Assembly: GCA_044234435.1 (NCBI GenBank)
Contig: JBIIIT010000002.1
Span: 1 to 47,822, forward strand
DNA length: 47,822 nt
Direction: 5' to 3'
DNA from: Candidatus Saccharimonadia bacterium
Lineage (GTDB): Bacteria > Patescibacteriota > Saccharimonadia > CAILAD01 > BJGX01
Both the position numbers and the translations under genes were made by a program. Of the stretch, positions 39,322 to 47,822 are shown piece after piece (position 1 is the stretch's first letter; every line of letters begins with the position of its first letter). The notes under the pieces were generated by a model. It was not told the origin of the DNA, did not search any database, and saw only the letters and a program-made list of their open reading frames with translations.

Positions 39322-41451
39322 ATGAGTACAGAAACATTAGAAGACAATACTAATGTAGAAAAAAAGTCTGAAAATCACGCCAGAAAAATATCTGAACTCC
39401 AAGAAGATCTGCACGAAATAGCAGAAGATATTGAGTCTGGCGAAATAAACCCCAAGCTTAAACTACCAGAGGAGGGCGAGGAGGTTGCCGAATTTATCGA
39501 TAGCAAGGGGCAAGAACGTAAGGCCTCCAGAGAAATTGCACTTCTTGGTCCAGAGCAAATCGTAGCTATTGATAGTTTTTTCAGAGAGCACGACGAGCTG
39601 GCCGATTCGGTAGAAACCATGCTTAGTTTTGCCCAAGACATTAATACTGAGCTTAAAAACGTCGGGCCAGATGGCAAATACCAGCCCCTTTCTCGTATTA
39701 CAGATCCAGAAAAAGTATTAGAACATATCAAAAGCCCGGAGCCCCTAGAGCCGAACTCCGAGCAAGTACAGCTACCCGAAGACGATCGCAAGAAGCTTAC
39801 CGATTTAACAGCTCAAATAGCCGAACTCAAAAGCCTACTTGCAATTGCTCCTCTTGGTGATGACTATAAAAGCATCAAAGAATATATAGATTCCTACTAT
39901 CAGACTCTAGGGCCCGATGAAATGCCCCAAATAGCCAAGCTTGGCATGATGGCCAGAATAAATTCAGGGGCAAGAGAGTCTTCATTGCAAGAAATCGAGG
40001 CATTTAGGGCCGAGCAACAAAGAATGCTAGACTTACAAATAGATTTAGCTAATAAATTAATATCGAAAATCACTCAAGGTCAATTAGATGCCAAGCTTGC
40101 TAGCTTTCCATCCGCGTTATTCGAGCCATACAGCACAGGCAGTGGTTATGACCCAGGTGAGGGGCTAGACCCAACCAACGGCCCTTTGCAAAATGAGGTC
40201 TGCATTATAGAGGAGGCTCAGGAATTAGCTAATTACTATCAGCAGTTTGAGTATATGCATGTGCTCGAAGACGACACTTTAAGCGTGCTTAAAGCTCCAG
40301 AAATTAGAGCCGTCTTAGATCAACTCAGTCCTCAAGAACAATCCCAATTATCTACTCTAATTGCAACAAGTATACAAAAAGACTTAGAGTCTAATCATGA
40401 ATTAAAGCTAGGGCAAATTACCAAGGCAGCCTATGATGCCAAGCTAAAAGTTACAGATACCGCAAAGGACGCTGATTTCCTGCTTCGAAACGCGCTATAT
40501 CAAGAAAAGGCATTGGCAGATTTATATATTTCTGAGAGGGAAGAAGAGAGAATCGCCGGGCTATTAGAAACAATAAAATTAATTTACCCCGAATCTACAG
40601 CAGATCCGCAAAAAATTATTGATTCTATAAAAGAGCCGGACTTTAAAATAGTAAGTGCATCTAGCCTACTCGTTCACAATTCTGGATTTGCTAGAGAAAT
40701 TGTAGAATCTGGCGAACTCAGAACCAAACAAACTCAAATAAATAAAACAGGTACTCTTAATGAGACCACGAAGCCCGGCACCGAGACTCAGAGTGGACTT
40801 AAAACCCATAGCAGGTCAATACACTACTCAGACAAATTGCATTTGGGCTATTCATCAGTAGAAAGGGTGGCTCCTGGAGAGGCAGGAGTAATACTGGTTC
40901 CTATTGGAAAAATAGTAGAGCATTCACCCATAAACAAAGATGGTATGCAGTTAACTAGCGTGAAGGCTTCTGGAAACGAAACTGGCACTATAAACTTGCC
41001 AAATAACCAACCAGATGAAAATGGAAAATGGGGTGATGAGGTATTTTTCTCATCCCCAATTGAAGAAGAAAGTGATATCTTTGAAGTCACCCTCGATAGC
41101 ACAACGGCCGCCATAATAGTCGGGGGTGAAATGGGAGAAAGACAAACTGAGGCTGGAGCTACAATCTATAATGTAGAGCCTCAGTATGATAAAGATAAGC
41201 AGATTGATCTAGGGGCTACGATGGTAAAATCCGGCTTAATAAGTGGGCAAATAATTCCTAAAATAAGCTCAGACCCTAAAATAGCAGGACGCATTGTCGT
41301 GCCCTTAAGAAGGGCGCCTTTAGATTTTGTGCCCGAAATAGTTGATAATATTGGGCAGAACACAGTTACAAGAAATCGCTTCAGAAAAGACACCCAAGTC
41401 TCCACACTAGATACTAATGGTGGCGTAGAACGTACCCACGTTCGAGATTGA
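39322..41451 (+). CDS. Large acidic hypothetical protein (709 aa)
   Basis: Uninterrupted ORF. The N-terminal two-thirds is Glu/Leu/Gln-rich and helical, and the C-terminal third is Gly/Thr-rich. No TM or signal peptide evident. Confidence 0.6.
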   Translation: MSTETLEDNTNVEKKSENHARKISELQEDLHEIAEDIESGEINPKLKLPEEGEEVAEFIDSKGQERKASREIALLGPEQIVAIDSFFREHDELADSVETMLSFAQDINTELKNVGPDGKYQPLSRITDPEKVLEHIKSPEPLEPNSEQVQLPEDDRKKLTDLTAQIAELKSLLAIAPLGDDYKSIKEYIDSYYQTLGPDEMPQIAKLGMMARINSGARESSLQEIEAFRAEQQRMLDLQIDLANKLISKITQGQLDAKLASFPSALFEPYSTGSGYDPGEGLDPTNGPLQNEVCIIEEAQELANYYQQFEYMHVLEDDTLSVLKAPEIRAVLDQLSPQEQSQLSTLIATSIQKDLESNHELKLGQITKAAYDAKLKVTDTAKDADFLLRNALYQEKALADLYISEREEERIAGLLETIKLIYPESTADPQKIIDSIKEPDFKIVSASSLLVHNSGFAREIVESGELRTKQTQINKTGTLNETTKPGTETQSGLKTHSRSIHYSDKLHLGYSSVERVAPGEAGVILVPIGKIVEHSPINKDGMQLTSVKASGNETGTINLPNNQPDENGKWGDEVFFSSPIEEESDIFEVTLDSTTAAIIVGGEMGERQTEAGATIYNVEPQYDKDKQIDLGATMVKSGLISGQIIPKISSDPKIAGRIVVPLRRAPLDFVPEIVDNIGQNTVTRNRFRKDTQVSTLDTNGGVERTHVRD

Positions 41452-41480
41452 ATTTATAAATCCAATATTTTTAAACTGTG

Positions 41481-42743
41481 CTAATTGTACACAACTTTAT
41501 AAATCAAGTTTTGCTTGTCGTCACTAATATACATATTTCCAGCAGGGTCAAAGCCAACCCCAACAGGGCGGCCCCAAGCACCGCTACCATCTAACCAGCC
41601 AGTAATAAAGTTATATTCCTTCATTGGAGTAGACTTGGTATCAACCCAAATCACTTTATAGCCAGTCGGGACGGTGCGGTTCCAAGATCCGTGCATCGCT
41701 CCAAAAAAGCCACTCGAGAATACACTTGGCCAGCTCGCTTTAGCGGCCTCATTTTCAAATGTAATTCCAAGCGGGGCATAGTGAGCCTGAAGGCCTAGCA
41801 CTGGAGCTTGGGTTTGGGTTTTGCAATATTCAACGCGGTCTTTGTATTCAGGATTATTAATTTTGTCGCCATAGCAATACGGCCAGCCATAATTCTTGCC
41901 TTGTTCGATAATATTAACTTCTTCTGGGGGAATGTCGTCTCCAATTTGGTCTCGGCCCATATCCAAGCCCCAAAGTTTGCCGTCATTAAATGCAAAGCCT
42001 ACAGTATTGCGAAGCCCACTAGCATATATTTCACCGCCAGTACCATCGAGGTTATAACGCATAATAGTCGCCCGTCGATTATCGTTTTCAATACAAACGT
42101 TGCAAGACGAACCAACCGATACATACATTTTATTGTCAGGCCCAATCACCACGGTGCGGGTAGTGTGTCCGCCTCCAGTTAATTTGTTGCCTCCTGGCAA
42201 GTTATCAACCAACACTTCTTTTGAATTATATGTGCCATCGCTCTTAATACCTCTGTACACACTCACGCGGGTTTGTTCGGCCAAGTATAAATCGCCGTTG
42301 TAGTAATAAACCGAGTGCGGGGTATTTAAATTGTCTTCAATCACCACGGGTATGCCGGCGCTGCCGCCATTATTTGGAATGGCATAAATACTATCTCCGG
42401 TGTTACTACCCACAAACATTGTTCCGTCTGGGGAAAATGAAAAGAATCTGGCACCTTTAATATTTGTGGCATAAATGCTAATTTTAAAGCCTTCCGGAGC
42501 AAAGAGCTCCTTGCCGCCAACCATCTGCGGAACCAATTTAAATGGTGCAGACAGCTGATTTTGATTATTGCTATTGAGCTGTTGTTGATTCAGCTTTCCG
42601 CTTAGGAACGCAGTGTTATTAATTATCCAAAATATTACGTAGCCAATTGCCGATAGCAGTACTAACGCAATTACAACCAAAGCAATATTGCGTTTTTGGT
42701 GGTTTTTGCTTTTCTTTTTAGGCATAAGAACATTATACAACAT
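41481..42743 (-). CDS. PQQ-dependent (sorbosone/aldose) sugar dehydrogenase family protein, membrane-anchored
   Basis: N-terminal KKKSK plus TM anchor and beta-propeller blocks including NYGWPYCYG. The start may be the ATG at 42725, which has TATAAT 6 nt upstream. Confidence 0.8.
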   Translation of the reverse strand: MLYNVLMPKKKSKNHQKRNIALVVIALVLLSAIGYVIFWIINNTAFLSGKLNQQQLNSNNQNQLSAPFKLVPQMVGGKELFAPEGFKISIYATNIKGARFFSFSPDGTMFVGSNTGDSIYAIPNNGGSAGIPVVIEDNLNTPHSVYYYNGDLYLAEQTRVSVYRGIKSDGTYNSKEVLVDNLPGGNKLTGGGHTTRTVVIGPDNKMYVSVGSSCNVCIENDNRRATIMRYNLDGTGGEIYASGLRNTVGFAFNDGKLWGLDMGRDQIGDDIPPEEVNIIEQGKNYGWPYCYGDKINNPEYKDRVEYCKTQTQAPVLGLQAHYAPLGITFENEAAKASWPSVFSSGFFGAMHGSWNRTVPTGYKVIWVDTKSTPMKEYNFITGWLDGSGAWGRPVGVGFDPAGNMYISDDKQNLIYKVVYN

Positions 42744-42770
42744 TCAGCTACGGTGTATTTATGTGTAATG

Positions 42771-42801
42771 GAAAAGCCGCACTACGTCGTTGTAGTGCGG
42801 C
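42771..42801 (-). terminator. Intrinsic terminator of GC-rich cassette 2
   Basis: The minus strand reads GCCGCACTAC-aacgac-GTAGTGCGGC (perfect 10-bp stem) followed by TTTTC. Confidence 0.7.
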
Positions 42802-42821
42802 CGGGAGTCGAGTTGATCGAC

Positions 42822-43121
42822 TCAGTTGTAAATGCTCTGGGAGTGAGTCTGATCCTCGTAGAGCATCCTGAAGTAGTCGGCTTCCGCCTTCAGCTCGGTG
42901 TACATGTAGTGCACGCCGGCGATGACGCCGATCAGAATCGACACGAGGGGAGCCCACTCCCAGAAGGAGTTCAGTCCCTTGTCGGAGACCACTCCGACGG
43001 CGTTCAGGCCACCGAAGATGGCTGCGATGCAGCCCAGGGAGAAGATCATGGTGTATGCGTACACGATGACCGAGCGCCACTTGACGCTCTTGGCCGGGTT
43101 GGGCCGAATGAACTTGTACAT
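42822..43121 (-). CDS. GC-rich cassette 2: two-TM small membrane protein (99 aa), unknown function
   Basis: AAGGAGG (43126-43132) lies 4 nt from the ATG at 43121. Strongly G/C-ending codons. Two TM helices followed by an amphipathic charged tail (TELKAEADYFRMLYEDQ). Confidence 0.7.
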   Translation of the reverse strand: MYKFIRPNPAKSVKWRSVIVYAYTMIFSLGCIAAIFGGLNAVGVVSDKGLNSFWEWAPLVSILIGVIAGVHYMYTELKAEADYFRMLYEDQTHSQSIYN

Positions 43122-43164
43122 GGTGCCTCCTTAGGCAGGGTAACCGACCTGGTTACGGCCTGAA

Positions 43165-43193
43165 ATTATACTAAATATGCTTAATTTTGTCAA
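43165..43193 (-). promoter_or_regulatory. Consensus sigma-70 promoter of cassette 2
   Basis: The minus strand reads TTGACA (43188-43193), exactly 17 nt, then TATAAT (43165-43170). A 5'-proximal hairpin (CAGG-GTAACC ... GGTTAC-GG-CCTG) follows at 43136-43162. Confidence 0.7.
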
Positions 43194-43204
43194 TATATTA
43201 TGTC

Positions 43205-43241
43205 GAAAATAAAACAGCACTGTCATATAACGACAGTGCTG
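43205..43241 (-). terminator. Intrinsic terminator of GC-rich cassette 3
   Basis: The minus strand reads CAGCACTGTC-gttatat-GACAGTGCTG (perfect 10-bp stem) followed by TTTTATTTT. Confidence 0.75.
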
Positions 43242-43257
43242 CAGCAGTACATACAAC

Positions 43258-43716
43258 TCAGACCATGCTGTGCGATGTGCCGAAGCTATCAGCCAGCCGG
43301 GTAAGTGCGATCTGCTCCTGCTGGAGTTGTTTCACTTCCCTTCGGTAGATATCGGCGGATGAGTAGTATCCGTTCGACAAGGCCTGCTGGATTCTCTTCT
43401 CCATCTTTGCAATGGACTCCGACAAGATCGCCAATCTCTGCAAGAGTGATGCAGCCATTGCCTGACGTGCGTACTCGCCGACCTTGTCCATGAGCTCGGG
43501 CTTTTCCTGGATAGCATCCAAGAACTGCAAGGTTCCCTCGATGTCTGCGTGCCTCTGTGTCAGCTGCGCAGTCTCCTGACGATGGCTGAACATCGCCAGG
43601 TAGTACGCGCGCTTCTGCTCTCGCAGTAGCAAGAGCATGAACACCATTAGCATTAGTCCTAGTACTGAGATTCCTAGGATCAATTCTCTGCTGTTTACTA
43701 TCTCTTCGAAGCTCAT
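43258..43716 (-). CDS. GC-rich cassette 3: N-terminally anchored helical protein (152 aa), unknown function
   Basis: AGGAGG (43721-43726) lies 4 nt from the ATG at 43716 (MSFEEIVNS...). One TM (LILGISVLGLMLMVFMLLLL), then a long Gln/Glu/Leu-rich helical region. The track start at 43749 abuts the -10 box (43750-43755), upstream of the expected transcription start. Confidence 0.7.
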   Translation of the reverse strand: MSFEEIVNSRELILGISVLGLMLMVFMLLLLREQKRAYYLAMFSHRQETAQLTQRHADIEGTLQFLDAIQEKPELMDKVGEYARQAMAASLLQRLAILSESIAKMEKRIQQALSNGYYSSADIYRREVKQLQQEQIALTRLADSFGTSHSMV

Positions 43717-43749
43717 GTTTCCTCCTGAGCTGTTGGGTACGATGCGCAT

Positions 43750-43778
43750 ATTCTAGGCTATTATAAATTTTTTGTCAA
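43750..43778 (-). promoter_or_regulatory. Near-consensus sigma-70 promoter of cassette 3
   Basis: The minus strand reads TTGACA (43773-43778), exactly 17 nt, then TAGAAT (43750-43755). Confidence 0.6.
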
Positions 43779-43870
43779 TATTAGCTAACAATATTTCCGT
43801 GGTATAAATAATTAACTCCTTCTCAAATAGCATATTTTACATTCAACCACTAAACTGCTAATGTTAAAAA

Positions 43871-44281
43871 ATGGAAATCACACTAACTACACCGGCATTA
43901 CTTTTTCCTGCGATATCATTGCTTCTGTTGGCTTTCACCAATCGCTATATAACTGTTGCTAATGTGATTCGAACTCTCAAAAACCAATTCGACAAGGGCG
44001 ACCGCAGCGACAATCTAGACTTACAGCTCAAATCCCTATATGAAAGAATAGAGATTATTAGGTATATGCAGCAGTTCGGCATTGGATCATTGCTTTTTGC
44101 ATCAATTTCAATGTTTTTAATATTTGCTAACCTCCAATTACTAGGGAAGGTATCATTTGGGATATCTTTAATTTTGCTTATTGCTAGTATGTTTCTTTCG
44201 CTTCACGAAACCACCTTATCCAACAAGGCCATAGAACTAGAAATTAAAACTATTCTTAAAAAAGAAAAGCACATAAAATAA
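43871..44281 (+). CDS. DUF2721 family membrane protein
   Basis: The N-terminus LTTPALLFPAISLLLLAFTNRY matches my recollection of DUF2721. Three TM helices. Confidence 0.65.
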   Translation: MEITLTTPALLFPAISLLLLAFTNRYITVANVIRTLKNQFDKGDRSDNLDLQLKSLYERIEIIRYMQQFGIGSLLFASISMFLIFANLQLLGKVSFGISLILLIASMFLSLHETTLSNKAIELEIKTILKKEKHIK

Positions 44282-44333
44282 TTTTTTTAAGCCGTCAATA
44301 CTGCGTCATTAAATTTAATGATATATTTATAGT

Positions 44334-44879
44334 GTGAATATATTCAAAAAGACAATTCGATTTTTTAGAAAGCACCAAAGTGAATACTTCTTCGCATGGG
44401 GAGCCAACATAGAGGTTGAAATGTTAGAGGCAATTATCGGCAGAAAGCCAGAGTTTATATCAAATGTCGTTATGAGTGGTTATGAATTGTGTGTACAAAC
44501 CTTAATTGATATTCCTACCTCGGGAGCTAACCCAAGGGCAATCTTGCACAAAGCCTGGGGAGATAATTTCAAGAGCTATGCAATTAGAGAAAGCCGCGGC
44601 CAAAAAGTTGCTGGTACGCTTTACAAAATTACAAGCTACGAAAGAAAAATGGTCGATGCCTGGGAGCTTGTGCCAGAAGGTTGGTTTAAATCTGATTTAG
44701 TAGAAGTTACCGACTCTAATGGTAAAAAATACAAAGCTCGAACCCAAGTTCTTCCAGCTAGCCACAATACAGGCAAACCAGTTGACGGCTTAAATTACAA
44801 GCCCTGGATTGTTCCCAAGGAGGATCTATTACGAATCGCCAAAAAAGACTCGAAAAGATACCCGGGCTATGTTTATTAA
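44334..44879 (+). CDS. Gamma-glutamylcyclotransferase (GGCT/AIG2-like) fold protein, tentative (GTG start)
   Basis: YFFAWGANI near the N-terminus (compare YFAYGSN) and G.LYKIT..E...D.WE later in the protein. Weak motif-level call. Confidence 0.4.
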   Translation: MNIFKKTIRFFRKHQSEYFFAWGANIEVEMLEAIIGRKPEFISNVVMSGYELCVQTLIDIPTSGANPRAILHKAWGDNFKSYAIRESRGQKVAGTLYKITSYERKMVDAWELVPEGWFKSDLVEVTDSNGKKYKARTQVLPASHNTGKPVDGLNYKPWIVPKEDLLRIAKKDSKRYPGYVY

Positions 44880-44946
44880 AAGCCTCATTTTAATAGATCA
44901 TAGCTAATTCAAATTATGAAAATATTATTTATTATAGAATATAAAT

Positions 44947-45651
44947 ATGAATCAATTAGAAACACTCAATTCATTCCAGCCGAAGATTATTCCGAAAGAA
45001 AAGCTTTTTAATGCCGAATTAAATAGTGCAATAGCACGGTCTAAATACGTATTTCTGGGCGAAATGCACGGCGCCAAAGAAGATGCAGACGTACTTTATT
45101 CGCTTGTAAAACATTATAATGTCAAAAATCTCGCAATCGAATACGACATCGCATTTAAACCGTTCCTGGATAGCTGCATCGAAAACAAGCCAGATTTTAG
45201 CCTCGTTGATTACGAATATTTTATTGGCAGCGTTGTTTCTCTGGAAATCGCCAAAACTATCGCAATTATGATCCAGCAAGGTATCATCGAAAATCTTTAC
45301 TATATCGGCAATGATGAAGAACAAGAGGTTGCGGACAAAATTATGGATATAAAACAAGATGCACCAGTTTTCTGCCTGCGTGGAAACTGGCATACTCTTC
45401 CATATATTTTTAAAGAAAAAGGCCAGCCTGACTTCAAATCTTCTTATTTAATCGTTAAAGTTAAATTCCCAGATTCAGTCAATATTGAATACAAAATCCA
45501 ATCGGGTGCAATCTATAATTTGGGCAATGGAATAATGCCATTCGATGACATTGAAAATCCCAAATCGAACTATCAAATAATCAAATCCAACAAGTACCCA
45601 GACTACTATGAGTTGATAATTCCAAGGGCAACACCAATCTGGCATAATTAA
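44947..45651 (+). CDS. ChaN/erythromycin-esterase-like (Tiki/TraB superfamily) protein, tentative
   Basis: YVFLGEMHGAKED (GExH signature) near the N-terminus. 234 aa. Confidence 0.45.
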   Translation: MNQLETLNSFQPKIIPKEKLFNAELNSAIARSKYVFLGEMHGAKEDADVLYSLVKHYNVKNLAIEYDIAFKPFLDSCIENKPDFSLVDYEYFIGSVVSLEIAKTIAIMIQQGIIENLYYIGNDEEQEVADKIMDIKQDAPVFCLRGNWHTLPYIFKEKGQPDFKSSYLIVKVKFPDSVNIEYKIQSGAIYNLGNGIMPFDDIENPKSNYQIIKSNKYPDYYELIIPRATPIWHN

Positions 45652-45818
45652 TTAATATGAGCGTTACTAATAAAGTATCTCTGCAATTATGAAGCTTTAA
45701 AATTCCAATATCAATATAATTAATCGTATTCTTAGAAGAAATGGCATAATCGAATTTTTTTTCTAATTCCAAAAATTGAATTGTGGTCTCATAAAAAAGC
45801 ATAAGCTATAATAAAATT

Positions 45819-47822
45819 ATGAGTAGCGAAACACTCGATGACGTTAAATCATCTGCTCCACAAAAAACTACTACCTATAACGAATTAGAGCAGATACAGC
45901 AGAAGAACAATGAGCAAATTCAGGCCGATATCGATTTGGTAAATTTGTATACCTGCTTTGGTCCAGACCAAATACAAACCCAGCCCATCAGTGAGGAGCT
46001 CAAACAAATACTTTTAAATCCAAGCAATCTCACCGAAAGCCTCGACTTACTAAGAGAAGATACAAACAGCAGCAATCAGTCCGTATCGACGCAAGCAAAA
46101 GCGCTCCTCTCGGAGTACGACATTTATGTACGAAATTTAAGAGACATCCGAAAGCTTCAAAGACAAGAAATTAGCAACGTTAAAAAACTTCATGTTGAAG
46201 ATCCGAAGCCAGAACAAAGACAGGCCTTTATGCAAAGTCTGGCTTTCAGCAGCGTCATATCAGAAATGGTATATATGCGGTTACGGGACGATGGATACTT
46301 GCCGCCTGTTCAGAACGATGAACTAATCAAAGCGACAGAAACACCCGAGGGCTTTAAAGGAGCAGTAGAGGCCTTGGCAATCACCAAGCCTCAGCTTCTT
46401 ATCATGCATCTGGAACTTTACGAGCAAATGTTCGGAAAAGAAGACCTTCAAAACATTGCCAAAACCATCCTCGAGGGTGGCCAAGTAAACTTAATTGGCC
46501 TAGCTTCGGTAAAGCCCATACTAGAGCTGGTCCCAGAAGAAGAAAAACAAGAATTGGTTACTAATGTATTTAAAGAGTTCGGAACAGACAGCATTTCCGG
46601 CTTAATCGTTGATAAATTCATTGAATGCGCAGATATAATTGGGCCTGAAAAATCCAAAGAAATAGCAACCAATGCATTGAATGGCACCGGTCTTGGCTCT
46701 AAAGAAGTAAAATCCTTGCTAGGGGCGGGCTTATTAACATTAGAACAAATTCAGTCTGCTGTAGATTCAAAGATCAGTCCAGACGGCACAGAGACCATAA
46801 GAAATATAAGGCAATTAATTGATTTTGCAGACAGTGGGTTATTTGAGGATAATCAGTTTCCTATAAGGGCAACTGTCGAAAATTTCATCATGAATTCGAC
46901 ACAAATCATAATTGAATATCCTTTTGAAATAAACAGCATATGTAAATTTCTTGGCACAGAAAAATCAAAGCAGCTTCATGGGCTATTGTTTAAGCTCAAT
47001 CCTATTGAATACGAAAAAAGGCTAGGCGTCGTCAAGAATGCTGAATTATTAGAGGAATCCTCTCTTGCCGAACTAACTGAGATAATTAAAAATAACTTTT
47101 CTTTAGATAGTGTTGATGCTGCAGAACTTTGTGAGACTTTTATGAGCAGCCCCAGCGCTAGCTTCGAAGAAAAGAAGCAATGGATTCAAAACTACACAGA
47201 CCTTCAAAGGGCTTTTTTGTATGACATATTAAGCGAGGACAACCCCAAGACAAAAGAGCTGATAACCCAAATATACAGCCCTACTGAAATTAACGAAATA
47301 CTTCAGGAAGTTTTGCTTCAAAACGAAGACTTCACAGTCACTGCAGCGGCAGACATTCTAGAATTCATCCCGGATAATCAAAAAGAAATATTTATTAATT
47401 CATTTTTACAATCCAGAGCGACATTAAGTTTTGCATCTGAGTATCGACTGCTCGTAGAAGATAGAGGTGAGGAATTTTTTAAGCCTTTTCTGGATAAAGA
47501 TAAATTGGAAAATCAACTTAATATTTATCTAGATTCTATTGGCAACAAAGACTCTATAGATTTAGGTTGGCGAGAATTAAATTATATTAAAGAAATATTT
47601 GGTACGGACAAATCCAAGCAAGTAGTAGACGTTTTTTTAATCAATAAGCCAGAAGTAGTAGTCGATAATTTAGAATTCATTTCTCAAAATTACACCCCAG
47701 AGGAATCTAAGCAAATACTTTTAAAATTAATGGAAGTTAATAGCAATTCAATAAAGAATTTAATAAAAAATCTAAATGGCGACCAAGGAATATTAAGCTC
47801 AGGGGATGATTTTAAATGGCCA
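45819..47822 (+). CDS. Large helical repeat protein, 3' end outside window (more than 668 codons); absent from ORF track
   Basis: I translated the frame codon by codon from the ATG at 45819 to the last base and found no stop. TATAAT (45807-45812) lies 6 nt upstream of the ATG. A motif like G-[TP]-[ED]-K-S-K-[QE]-[ILV] recurs. Confidence 0.7.
   Translation, partial: MSSETLDDVKSSAPQKTTTYNELEQIQQKNNEQIQADIDLVNLYTCFGPDQIQTQPISEELKQILLNPSNLTESLDLLREDTNSSNQSVSTQAKALLSEYDIYVRNLRDIRKLQRQEISNVKKLHVEDPKPEQRQAFMQSLAFSSVISEMVYMRLRDDGYLPPVQNDELIKATETPEGFKGAVEALAITKPQLLIMHLELYEQMFGKEDLQNIAKTILEGGQVNLIGLASVKPILELVPEEEKQELVTNVFKEFGTDSISGLIVDKFIECADIIGPEKSKEIATNALNGTGLGSKEVKSLLGAGLLTLEQIQSAVDSKISPDGTETIRNIRQLIDFADSGLFEDNQFPIRATVENFIMNSTQIIIEYPFEINSICKFLGTEKSKQLHGLLFKLNPIEYEKRLGVVKNAELLEESSLAELTEIIKNNFSLDSVDAAELCETFMSSPSASFEEKKQWIQNYTDLQRAFLYDILSEDNPKTKELITQIYSPTEINEILQEVLLQNEDFTVTAAADILEFIPDNQKEIFINSFLQSRATLSFASEYRLLVEDRGEEFFKPFLDKDKLENQLNIYLDSIGNKDSIDLGWRELNYIKEIFGTDKSKQVVDVFLINKPEVVVDNLEFISQNYTPEESKQILLKLMEVNSNSIKNLIKNLNGDQGILSSGDDFKWP

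Noticed and set aside
42696-43163. 155-aa plus-strand ORF and 110-aa minus-strand ORF (42748-43080) in GC-rich island 2
   Set aside because: These are off-frame or antisense to the SD-led 99-aa CDS. Their products are Arg/His-rich nonsense-like sequence. The plus ORF would start inside the neighbouring dehydrogenase gene.
43305-43517. 61-62-aa ORFs on both strands inside cassette 3
   Set aside because: These are alternative frames of the 152-aa CDS with Arg/Ser/Pro-rich products and no initiation signals.
43760-43765. Perfect TATAAT upstream of cassette 3
   Set aside because: It lies only 7 nt from the TTGACA -35 box. The TAGAAT at 43750-43755 gives the canonical 17-nt spacer and is the better -10.
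45581-45802. 73-aa minus-strand ORF between the ChaN-like gene and the large repeat-protein gene
   Set aside because: It overlaps the 3' end of the plus-strand CDS and the promoter region of the next gene. It has no SD.

Overview
AT-rich bacterial chromosomal fragment of about 47.8 kb with standard genetic code, densely coding on both strands. No rRNA, tRNA, CRISPR array, transposase or integrase was seen. The gene content is a few housekeeping genes (gltX, nrdAB, tgt, idi), an envelope glycosyltransferase cluster and many small or unknown membrane proteins. This suggests a reduced-genome monoderm lineage such as CPR/Patescibacteria (Saccharibacteria-like). That assignment is inference only. 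Recognisable genes include an O-antigen-ligase-like/GT4/GT26 cluster and class Ia ribonucleotide reductase with tandem NrdR-box-like palindromes. Also present are an SDR, an ABC-2 exporter, a KcsA-like K+ channel, TspO and a clear heliorhodopsin followed by an unknown 7-TM protein. Further genes encode a NOX-like ferric reductase plus cytochrome b5-like protein, pirin, a minimal GGDEF cyclase, an Ntn (choloylglycine-type) hydrolase and a TMEM175-like channel. The remainder includes a PP2C-FHA phosphatase, a HAD hydrolase, a YerC/TrpR-like protein, a LOG/TIGR00725-like protein, a DUF2779 nuclease, an MFS transporter and a PQQ-type sugar dehydrogenase. The most unusual signal is three sharply GC-rich, self-contained expression cassettes at 12.5-13.3 kb and, in tandem, at 42.8-43.8 kb. 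Each has a consensus or near-consensus TTGACA-17-TATAAT promoter, an AGGAGG-N4-ATG start, a small membrane-protein CDS and a strong intrinsic terminator. The first also carries a roughly 190-nt multi-hairpin 3' RNA. Other notable points are the heliorhodopsin-centred membrane gene cluster and a diverged paralog pair of unknown function. Many genes have a -10 box 6-7 nt from the start codon, suggesting leaderless mRNAs. A >668-codon repeat-protein ORF running off the 3' edge is absent from the supplied ORF track.
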